A stretch of 64,000 bases of DNA, from positions 26,164 through 90,163 of the forward strand of contig JAMCVK010000036.1 in assembly GCA_023475225.1 (NCBI GenBank). Direction: 5' to 3'. Under the pieces are notes generated by a model. It ran no database searches. It was given only the letters and a program-made list of their open reading frames with translations, and was not told the origin of the DNA. A program made the translations under genes and the position numbers. Below are positions 54,437-62,113 of this stretch, piece by piece; position 1 is the first letter of the stretch, and the number at the start of each line of letters is the position of its first letter. This DNA is from Chloroflexota bacterium (GTDB lineage Bacteria > Chloroflexota > UBA6077 > FW602-bin22 > JAMCVK01).

Positions 54437-54650
54437 CAAAAATCCCCTCGCCCTGAGAATCGGACAAGGGGATACCATAGTCCTGAGACTATGTCTGCCC
54501 ACGCCTTTCTCCTCGAAGGCTCACGGCAAGCGGCAAGGGTTGGTGACCTGACTGATTGACCGCCCGGAGGCGATCAAATCACAGTTGCGGGACAGTGGCG
54601 GCTTTGCACCGCACTTCCCCATTTAAGCCCTTATTGGGGGCGCCCTTGCC
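54437..54650 (-). ncRNA. Cobalamin (AdoCbl) riboswitch with terminator-type expression platform
   Basis: The minus strand reads ...AAATGGGGAAGTGCGGTGCAAAGCCGCCACTGTCCCGCAACTGTGA...AGTCAGGTCACC...GCC. This includes the conserved GGGAA/GGTG..AA..CC/CACTG..CCGCAAC.GT core and a B12-box-like element. It ends in the hairpin ATCCCCT-N19-AGGGGAT followed by TTTTGTT (54437-54474). It lies upstream of btuF. Confidence 0.8.
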
Positions 54651-54705
54651 CTCGACTATTCAATTTGTGGCACTTGTATACTAGCACACGATGAGGGGTA
54701 TGTCA

Positions 54706-55054
54706 ATACCTAGGACCGAGCTGTGTTGTTGTCCAGTGAAAATGTCACCCTAATGGTGGGGTCTAAAGTGTGGTGTGGTTTTCGGCCTCGGTTACCGTGA
54801 GCCAATGCTTGTAGTCCATCTTTGCGGTACTTTGCCAACAGCCGCCGTATGTGTCGTACACTCAATCCAATCACCTCCCTAGCTTGGACGGCTGTCATTT
54901 CCCCACGGTCAATCTTAGCCAGAACCACCGCTCGCTTGTTCTCCTTCTTGTTCAACGTCACCATCTCCGTATTCATACTTTAATGGTGACATATTCACTG
55001 AACAGTTAACAGGTGACAGAATCATAGACCATTCACATACCTAGGACCGAGCTG
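54706..55054 (-). mobile_element. IS remnant: N-terminal HTH fragment of an rve/DDE-type transposase (ORF 54710..54976), bracketed by 18-bp direct repeats
   Basis: The 88-aa ORF contains LSVRHIRRLLAKYRKDGLQALAHGNRGRKPHHTLDP, typical of the HTH region of ISNCY/IS481-like transposases, and has no catalytic domain. ATACCTAGGACCGAGCTG occurs at 54706-54723 and again at 55037-55054. Confidence 0.6.
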
Positions 55055-55189
55055 GTGCAGGAGATGTTGCCTCCTTGAAACCTCCCGTCGGATTTGGCCC
55101 GATCTTCAGGCTAGCAATACGCGATAATGCACCTACCGATCTCGGTTTCAAGAATAGCGCTTTATTTATCCTGGCCTCGGAGTGTCAGG

Positions 55190-56581
55190 CTAGCGATGCT
55201 CGCTGATACGCCTATCGATCTCAGCCACTTTGGCTTGCTCAGCCAACCACCACTCCTCGCTGAGCTGGGCGTTGAGCTCCTCGACCGTCTTGCCCTGCTG
55301 TTCAACCCAGGTGTAGTATTTCAGATTATGCCATTGGCGGCGAACGTCGCGCGTGCCCTCTTTGATCCAGTCAGTCTTCTGGCTATGGAAGATGCTCACC
55401 AGGCGAACCTTGGCCTCGGTCTCGTCCATCTGGCCATAAGTCCGCGTCATTTGACCCATGACTGAGTGATAACGATCAATGGCATCAGTTAGGATGGTGA
55501 CAATCACGTCATTCTTCCCAAGATCGTAGAACTTGGCCGTCTTGATCGCGCCCAGCACGTTACAAACGCCGCTGATGCCGAAGATGGTCGCGTACTTCTT
55601 GACCTTGTCCTCAGGGATACCCTGGCGCATCAGCACATTCCAGCCAGGCTCCTCAGTCAACATTTGCAAGCCTTTCTTGCTCTCGATGTCATCGATGCAC
55701 ATGATCGCATCCATGTTGGTGACGTGATGAATCCAGGTCGCGTGCTTATCACCAATGCCCTGAATATCGTGTCCACCGTAGCCATTATTGTACAGAGTAG
55801 GGCACTGTATGGGTTCAAGTCCGATAATCTTGTGGTCAGGCCAGACTTGCTTTAACCGGTCGCCAGCGGCGATCGTGCCGGCTGAGCCCATTGCTGAACA
55901 AAAGGCAGCTACCTTGCCGTTGCCCACCCCCTGGGCCTTGAGTATGTCCGTCAACTCAACGATGGTGTTGCCAGTGACGTGGTAGTGGAAGCGATAATTG
56001 CCCATTACCTCGAACTGGTTAAGAATACGAATGCGCTCGGGGTCCTGTCGGCGCAATTCCCAAGTCTTATCGTAAATCTCCTTAACGTTGGATTCACAGC
56101 CTGGTGTGGCTATCACGCGTGCCCCATAGGATTCGATGATCTTGAAGCGCTCAGCGCTCATCTCCTCAGGTAGAATCACAATACTATCGAAGCCCATTCG
56201 GCAGCCAACCCATGCACCGCCGATGCCGTAGTTACCGGTCGACGGCCATACCAATGTATGCTTGGCCGGATCCACTTCGCCATACAGTTCCTTTTCAACC
56301 AGCACGCTATAGGTAGCCCCCACCTTGTGGCTGCCGGTTGGGAAGTCTTTGGAGTACAGGACGACGATGGGGGCGTCCACACCGGTCAATTCCTTGGACA
56401 AGACCTCATAATAAATCTGATTTGCGTCATTGCGCCAGGTGATATTGAACAGATTGATCGGATCAAGTGGGTCTTCTTTCTGCATCCTAAGGGCTTTTCG
56501 CCGCGTGGCTGGGTCGATCTTCTGGGGATGGAGCATCTCCCCGAAGGTCGGTCCCACTATGAGCTTGGAACTAACCTGCAT
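55190..56581 (-). CDS. Fold-type II PLP-dependent enzyme (tryptophan synthase beta / cysteine synthase superfamily), exact reaction unknown
   Basis: 463 aa. Contains DFPTGSHKVGATYS (PLP-lysine region), PSTGNYGIGGAWVG, and a glycine-rich loop SAMGSAGTIAAG. A long C-terminal extension has no motif I recognise. Confidence 0.6.
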   Translation of the reverse strand: MQVSSKLIVGPTFGEMLHPQKIDPATRRKALRMQKEDPLDPINLFNITWRNDANQIYYEVLSKELTGVDAPIVVLYSKDFPTGSHKVGATYSVLVEKELYGEVDPAKHTLVWPSTGNYGIGGAWVGCRMGFDSIVILPEEMSAERFKIIESYGARVIATPGCESNVKEIYDKTWELRRQDPERIRILNQFEVMGNYRFHYHVTGNTIVELTDILKAQGVGNGKVAAFCSAMGSAGTIAAGDRLKQVWPDHKIIGLEPIQCPTLYNNGYGGHDIQGIGDKHATWIHHVTNMDAIMCIDDIESKKGLQMLTEEPGWNVLMRQGIPEDKVKKYATIFGISGVCNVLGAIKTAKFYDLGKNDVIVTILTDAIDRYHSVMGQMTRTYGQMDETEAKVRLVSIFHSQKTDWIKEGTRDVRRQWHNLKYYTWVEQQGKTVEELNAQLSEEWWLAEQAKVAEIDRRISEHR

Positions 56582-56817
56582 ACGTTGTCTCCTTCCATAA
56601 ATTGATAATCAAGGTCAACACAATGAAAGCACCCGCCGACTACTGCCGCCTTAACAAAGGCGAAGGATGTACAACCGGGTGTGCCTTGATTTTAGCACAA
56701 TAGTATTGAGATTACCAGGGATTGGGGTCAGACTCGTTTATGCTGAAATAATGGACTTGACCCCTCTTGCTCTATCAGCTGAGATGATACTGGGAAGAAG
56801 CGCGCCTATCCCCCCTC

Positions 56818-57147
56818 TCAAACGCTGATCACATCGTTATGTAACAGCTTATCTATGAAGACCGGCATCGTTGAAACCTTGCCAACCGCTATCTTATCCT
56901 TCAACTCGAGGTACTCAACGCAGGTCCCGCAGGCCAGGATCTCCACTCCTATATCCTCCAGACGCTTCAGGTGGGGTAGGCACCACGATCCTTCAGCCAC
57001 AAGGCGAACCCCCACGTTCCAACAGATGATCGTCTGTGGCCTCTCCTTGCTTTCAGCCAGAAGACGCAGGAAATTGGCCAGGATCATTGCACCAAGATCA
57101 TCATCACCTCTCCCCAACCCTTCAGAACCTAACAGTAAGACCTTCAT
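56818..57147 (-). CDS. DsrE/DsrF-like (YedF C-terminal-like) sulfur/selenium relay-type protein
   Basis: 109 aa. Contains MKVLLLGSEGLGRGDD...IICWNVGVRL...EILACGTCVEYLELKDKIAVGKVSTM, which is the pattern of DsrE-like YedF-type proteins. Confidence 0.55.
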   Translation of the reverse strand: MKVLLLGSEGLGRGDDDLGAMILANFLRLLAESKERPQTIICWNVGVRLVAEGSWCLPHLKRLEDIGVEILACGTCVEYLELKDKIAVGKVSTMPVFIDKLLHNDVISV

Positions 57148-57194
57148 CTTGCTCTCCTCCTTTGAAGCAGGATATTTGGCACGTAACTTGTAGA

Positions 57195-58109
57195 TTAACC
57201 TTCAACCACTTGATCCACTTGGGATGAGAGGAGAAAGCGGCGAAACATCTCCACCAATGGGGTATGGGGGCGTCCCTGCTCCAGGGCCAGGTACAGAGTG
57301 CGCTTGATCACCAGATTCTCCATCTCAATCACCTTTAGATGGCCGGAAGCGCTTTCTTCCTCCAGGGCATACCTGGAGAGGAAAGAGAGTCCCAATCCTG
57401 CTTCCACGGCCGTCTTAACGGCCCCAGTGCTGCCCAGTTCCACAACCGCCTTCAGGTCTCTCCCCCTTATTCCCTTAGCGGCCAGCGCCTGCTCAACTAT
57501 CTGCCGTGTCCCTGATCCTCTCTCGCGGAGGATGAAGGGATATTCCTTGAGCTCGTCTGTGGTGATCTTATCTCGCGCCGCCAGAGGATGGGTCGGGGCG
57601 CAGACCAAGACAATCTCGTCGGTAACAAAGGGCTCGAGGAGCAAGCGCTCTGGCTCCAGGGGTGCGCCGATGACGGCCAGGTCAAAGCGCCTTTTGAGCA
57701 GCCTTTCCACGATCTCATGACTATCAGCCACATCTAAATGGATCTCCACCTGGGGATGACGTTCCTGGAAAAGCCCGATGAGGGAGGGGAGGACATATTC
57801 TCCCGGTATTGTGCTGGCGCCGATCGTTAGTGTTCCAAATGATGCCCCTCTTAGCTCAGCCATGGACTGTTCAGTCTCCTCGACCAAAGCCATAATCTGG
57901 CTGGAGTATCGCAGTAACCGTTCACCCGCCACGGTAAGATTAACCCACCGGCCGGAACGCTCCAGCAGTTTTTGTCCGAAGTGAGCCTCAAGGTTACGTA
58001 TCTGAGCGCTTATGGCCGGCTGGCTGAGGCCAAGGCGCCGTGCGGCCGCGGAGAAATTCCGCTCAGCGGCCACAAGGAGAAATACCTTTAGAGCGTTAAG
58101 GCTGAGCAT
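57195..58109 (-). CDS. LysR-family transcriptional regulator
   Basis: 304 aa. Has an N-terminal HTH (FSAAARRLGLSQPAISAQIRNLE) and a C-terminal substrate-binding domain. Confidence 0.9.
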   Translation of the reverse strand: MLSLNALKVFLLVAAERNFSAAARRLGLSQPAISAQIRNLEAHFGQKLLERSGRWVNLTVAGERLLRYSSQIMALVEETEQSMAELRGASFGTLTIGASTIPGEYVLPSLIGLFQERHPQVEIHLDVADSHEIVERLLKRRFDLAVIGAPLEPERLLLEPFVTDEIVLVCAPTHPLAARDKITTDELKEYPFILRERGSGTRQIVEQALAAKGIRGRDLKAVVELGSTGAVKTAVEAGLGLSFLSRYALEEESASGHLKVIEMENLVIKRTLYLALEQGRPHTPLVEMFRRFLLSSQVDQVVEG

Positions 58110-58485
58110 CTCCTCATCCCACGATAGTCTGTGCTAGCCACATTATATCATAAATTATTTATATCTCCTATAAATTTTACTTTGATAAGCTATATCCAGA
58201 ATCATAGACCATCTATAATCAGGGATGGCCCGTAAGGATCGTTATAGAAGCTGGCCCAAGTGGCTTAGCATGGCTTTATTTTGGTGGTCTGACGGAAGGC
58301 GATTGTAGGGGTAAGGCCGGGCGTCGTGGTGGGCAGCGATCAGGCTGAAGGGCGGGCTTCAAGCCTATCCCATCCTGACCATGCGGCTGCCGAGCGACAA
58401 TCACAAGGCCCTGGATCTGTAGTTATGGGATGATACCTTCAGCGGACGTTCAATCCGCAGAACGAATCCTGTTTGGACGGTACTC

Positions 58486-59589
58486 CTATATGCTCAACTG
58501 GCGAGGGTAGTCTGTCAGTGGTTCCCAACCTGTTTCGCTGACCAAGACTACGTCTTCCAGGCGAACCCCACCGATATGGGGAACGAATAGGATGGAATGT
58601 CCGGCTGTGATAGTCATGCCTGTCTGGAGTACAACGCGCCCATCGCCGGGCACGATGGTCGGAGCAGGGGTTTCCTCGAAGGCCAAGCCTATACCGTGGC
58701 TGATGCCCCGCACGAAATATTGTCCGTAACCCGCGTTGGATAGCGCCCGTTCTGCCGCGGCATCCAGGGCTGAGACCGCTACACCGGGTTTGATGGTTTC
58801 CAGGACGGCTCGCTGCGCTGCCAGGTAGGCCTCGAACAGTCTTTGTTGCGGTTCAGTGGGTTCTCCCAGGACGACTGTTCTGGCCAGGTTGGCACAGTAG
58901 CCGTGGTAGATGGGAAGCAGGTCGAGGACGATCAGCTCTCCCTGATTGATCATCTTATAGGTGGATCGACCATGTAGCCAGCCGGAGCGATAGCCTGAAT
59001 TGACGAAGGTAGGAACGGCTACTCCCTGGGCACCGGCGCGGCGCATGGCGTACTCAGCCTCGGCTGCCACCTCATTTTCCATGACCCCATCTTTAATGGT
59101 GGACATAGCGGCCTTCATCCCAATGGCCGCTATCTCGGCTGCCTTGCGCATAAAGGAGAGCTCCTCGTCCGTTTTGATCATTCTCAGCGGCATGATCACC
59201 GCTGCTGAATTCACTACACGCACCTTCGGGTTTGCTCTCTGGAATCTATCCACCAGGAAATAGGGGGTAGTGAATCCCATCTGTATGCCGATCGTTCCCT
59301 CCTGGAGGCCCAACTCGGCAAGGGTCTTGATCACAGCGTTCATCTGTTCCCCTAGGCTGCTGAAGGTGCGGACGACCTTGGCCCCTGTCTTGGCCTGTAC
59401 CTCCTCCAACTCCTCTCGGAAGGCGATAACGACCGGTTCGCCCTCCCTGGGGATAATCGCCCGTGGTTGGTTCCGCTGTTCACCTATAAAATAGAGGTAC
59501 TCATCGTGGTTCAGGAGAAGGAGGGCATCTATGCCGTGTTCCCCCATCAGTTTTTGGACCTCTCTTATCCGATCCTCACGAATAGGCAT
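58486..59589 (-). CDS. M24-family metallopeptidase (Xaa-Pro aminopeptidase/creatinase-like)
   Basis: 367 aa. Has a creatinase-type N-domain and a pita-bread domain with metal-ligand context (DLLPIYHGYCANLART, ISHGIGLAFEE, VRLED). Confidence 0.85.
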   Translation of the reverse strand: MPIREDRIREVQKLMGEHGIDALLLLNHDEYLYFIGEQRNQPRAIIPREGEPVVIAFREELEEVQAKTGAKVVRTFSSLGEQMNAVIKTLAELGLQEGTIGIQMGFTTPYFLVDRFQRANPKVRVVNSAAVIMPLRMIKTDEELSFMRKAAEIAAIGMKAAMSTIKDGVMENEVAAEAEYAMRRAGAQGVAVPTFVNSGYRSGWLHGRSTYKMINQGELIVLDLLPIYHGYCANLARTVVLGEPTEPQQRLFEAYLAAQRAVLETIKPGVAVSALDAAAERALSNAGYGQYFVRGISHGIGLAFEETPAPTIVPGDGRVVLQTGMTITAGHSILFVPHIGGVRLEDVVLVSETGWEPLTDYPRQLSI

Positions 59590-59633
59590 CTCGACTTCCT
59601 CCGATTAGTAGTCTTGATAATAGATTGAGGGTG

Positions 59634-59763
59634 TCGATATCTCCCCCCAAATCCGCCTTCGGCGGATTCAAGATAGCCCTGCAGGCTTTCTCTTTGTTCT
59701 GAGGGCACATCCGAAAGACCCCGGCCAAAGGGGCTGCGCCGCCTTAGAACCCGCACTGTTCAA
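59634..59763 (+). repeat. R1 dispersed repeat, full copy
   Basis: GATATCTCCCCCCAAATCCGCCTTCGGCGGATTCAAGATAGCCCTGCAGGCTTTCTCTTTGTTCTGAGGGCACATCCGAAAGACCCCGGCCAAAGGGGCTGCGCCGCCTTAGAACCCGCACTGTTCAA. Confidence 0.8.
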
Positions 59764-59818
59764 ATTATAGATTGACTAAATTAGATGTGTCAACCGAAGG
59801 CTTGGTTGCTTGGCTGCA

Positions 59819-59847
59819 TTGACAGGTGCGCTATAATTTGCTATATT
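59819..59847 (+). promoter_or_regulatory. Sigma70-type promoter (TTGACA - 17 nt - TATATT) upstream of the 60060 operon
   Basis: -35 at 59819-59824 and -10 at 59842-59847, read directly from the sequence. Confidence 0.5.
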
Positions 59848-59925
59848 TTAGCAAGGTGATGAGGCTCACCCTGCCTGGGCAGAAAGTGGCCTGGGTCAGA
59901 GTGTCAGGTAACTGACTGATAGCTT

Positions 59926-59966
59926 CTACTGGCCCGCCTGCGGCGGGCACGGTAGAGGCTTTTTTT
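59926..59966 (+). terminator. Strong GC hairpin plus T7 tract in the leader of the 60060 operon: a possible attenuator or sRNA terminator
   Basis: CTACTGGCCCGCC-TGC-GGCGGGCACGGTAG forms 13 bp with one bulge, followed by AGGC and TTTTTTT. It lies ~80 nt after the predicted TSS and ~95 nt before the ATG at 60060. Confidence 0.45.
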
Positions 59967-60059
59967 GTTGGGGTGGGTCATGCCCTCAGGTAGGGGGCGT
60001 CGGTCGCTGCCTGGACCATTTGAACTGAAATTTAGAGAGGCGAGCGTCAGGGTAGAAGT

Positions 60060-61496
60060 ATGCCACGCGATTTGAGCACTATAGATTTGGAGATAGCCTT
60101 CGAACAGGCTGGGTGCCCTATCTGCCACCTCGTTCTGCAAAAAGAGAAACGCTGGCTATGGTCCTTGCTCTGGGAGAACGTCAATGACCCAGGTATCCGG
60201 GCAGGGATCGCTGCCTCCTGGGGCTTCTGTTACGAACATGCCTGGAAGTTAGCAGCGCTGGAAAGGGATGAGTTTGGAAGCTGCCTGGGAACGGCGATTA
60301 TCTATGAGGATCTGGTCAATCGCCTCTGGCGACGCAGTAAGTCGAAGGGGATAACAAAAGGGTCCGGGGATGGTTATAGAGAAGTGAGATGGACCCCTGG
60401 TGAGGGTAAAGGGTTGCTCTCCATCATCGGGGGACGTTCGTGTCCGGCATGCATTGCTAATAGGGAGATGGAAGAAATCTATCTGTCCTGGTTGGTTGTC
60501 CACTGCGCTGAGGATTGGTTCGCCACCCTCTATCGGGACTCGACAGGGATGTGCTTGAACCATCTTAAGCGGGCATTGCAGGTGGCTGGGCGAAGCGATG
60601 TACGACGCTTTCTGCTTGAAGTGCAGTTGGAGAAGCTCAGCAGCCTCAAGGAAGGGGATGGTGATCAGGGGCTATCCCCCTTGCCTGAGGCTATTCAGCT
60701 GAGCACTCAATCTAAAATATTAAATCTAATGGTAGGGGCAAACAGAAGGTGGGCTAAAGGTTTGAAGATAGGTATGTCCTCCGCTGAGCTTCTGGAAAGG
60801 GCAGGCTGTCCTATTTGCATGTCGCAGGGGGAAGCTGAACGTCTCCACTTGCAGGGTCTGTTGGAAGAAGAGGGGGGCGACAAGGCTGATGACTGGCCAT
60901 CAGCCTGGCTTTGTCGGGAGCATGCCTGGATGTTATATGGATTGGGTGAACCCTACCGCTCGAGCCTGATCTCTCTTTATGTGAGTGGGCTACAGGATTT
61001 AAGTGGAGAGTTACATCGCCTACACCAGGTGGAGACTTCACTAAGAGGGGAAAGGAGGCCACTCTTGACCAGATGGCGTTGGGATCGGGGTCGACGTATC
61101 CTTTCACTGCCGCCGACCTGTCCCATCTGCGACCGATTGAGGGAAGACGAGCTGGAACAGACTGTGCGATTCCGGGAAGCTCTATCAATCGAAGGGCAGG
61201 CGAACAGCCTTCAGCAGGGCCATGCTCTATGCTTGCCTCACCTCCGTCTCACTCTGTCTGATCAGCCATTGATGGTGGACAAGGCGCTCATCTGGTCATA
61301 CTTGACCAGGATAGAGGAGCTTTCCTCTCAGCTGCGGGAGTATATTCGTAAACACGATTGGCGTTTTCGGGACGAGCCAAGGGGAGAGGAACAGATGGCT
61401 TGGTTTAGGGCGATCGAGCTGTTTGTGGGCAGCCATCCCCATGCTTATGCTGAGGAGCGGCCACATGGATATTTTTGCAGGTACACAGGCACGTAA
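60060..61496 (+). CDS. Tandem-duplicated CxxC/CxxH zinc-motif protein, DUF6062-like
   Basis: 478 aa. Module 1: GCPICH...GFCYEHAW...SCPACI...MCLNHL. Module 2: GCPICM...WLCREHAW...TCPICD...LCLPHL. The C-terminus is IRKHDWRFRDEPRGEEQMAWFRAIELFVG. Confidence 0.7.
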   Translation: MPRDLSTIDLEIAFEQAGCPICHLVLQKEKRWLWSLLWENVNDPGIRAGIAASWGFCYEHAWKLAALERDEFGSCLGTAIIYEDLVNRLWRRSKSKGITKGSGDGYREVRWTPGEGKGLLSIIGGRSCPACIANREMEEIYLSWLVVHCAEDWFATLYRDSTGMCLNHLKRALQVAGRSDVRRFLLEVQLEKLSSLKEGDGDQGLSPLPEAIQLSTQSKILNLMVGANRRWAKGLKIGMSSAELLERAGCPICMSQGEAERLHLQGLLEEEGGDKADDWPSAWLCREHAWMLYGLGEPYRSSLISLYVSGLQDLSGELHRLHQVETSLRGERRPLLTRWRWDRGRRILSLPPTCPICDRLREDELEQTVRFREALSIEGQANSLQQGHALCLPHLRLTLSDQPLMVDKALIWSYLTRIEELSSQLREYIRKHDWRFRDEPRGEEQMAWFRAIELFVGSHPHAYAEERPHGYFCRYTGT

Positions 61497-61998
61497 AGTA
61501 GAACTTCATATGTTAGAGGAGACCTATCAAGAGGCACAGCGTCTCATTCGTGAGAATGGCTGGGATGAGGAAGAGGGACTGCTCATCATCTTTGCTAATG
61601 GGCTTGCCTACCTCAAGGAAGCGCATGCCTTGCCTGACTCGGAGTCAGATTCAGCCCTCACGCTCATGTCCTCTATCACAGAGCGCTGTGCCCACTTTGA
61701 AAGCATGTACGCGGTGATGAAATTTCGAGCCTACTATCTGAATGAAGATAAGCGTATCCTAGAGCTTAACGTCACAGGGCTGCAGGCTGATAATGATGGT
61801 CTACGACATCGCATCAATCTGTTTCGTCAGGATGAAGCACGCCTCAAGGAAGAGATCAAGCGATTGACAACCGAGAACACTGAACTGCACCGACATTTGG
61901 CTGAGCTTCAGGGGAATAGGCAACAGGATGAGCCGACTGAGCGACAAAAAGAAACCATCCTGTCTAGGATCAGCGCTCTCCTCAGTAGCTGGCGGTAA
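61465..61998 (+). CDS. Coiled-coil protein of unknown function
   Basis: The likely start is ATG 61465, 7 nt after GAGGAG (track ORF 61423; alternative start 61510). The C-terminal heptad-rich segment is LRHRINLFRQDEARLKEEIKRLTTENTELHRHLAELQ. Confidence 0.55.
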   Translation: MDIFAGTQARKVELHMLEETYQEAQRLIRENGWDEEEGLLIIFANGLAYLKEAHALPDSESDSALTLMSSITERCAHFESMYAVMKFRAYYLNEDKRILELNVTGLQADNDGLRHRINLFRQDEARLKEEIKRLTTENTELHRHLAELQGNRQQDEPTERQKETILSRISALLSSWR

Positions 61999-62113
61999 AT
62001 ACATAGTAGCCCACCAAGAAGGCAGCAACACTTCGGTTCAGGGAGATAGCTTACAGAATAACTATCTCGCTTAGGGGTCACCATAGACCATCTGATATAT
62101 TCAGTAAGAGGCC

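Noticed and set aside
58110-58485. A 375-nt gap between pepP-like and LysR genes containing a 27-codon ORF (58226...) and GC-rich stretches; considered as a possible ncRNA or gene fragment
   Set aside because: I found no convincing conserved RNA motif, terminator or protein homology in any frame. It most likely holds the LysR promoter/operator region plus degraded sequence.
59848-59975. Assignment of the operon leader to a known riboswitch class, for example ZTP because of CCTGCCTGGGCA
   Set aside because: Only a short pseudoknot-like string resembles the ZTP 3' element. It lies at the 5' end of the RNA, without the upstream conserved GGGTCGTGAC..GGCG subdomain. There is no convincing match to other classes I know. 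It is kept only as an unclassified candidate.
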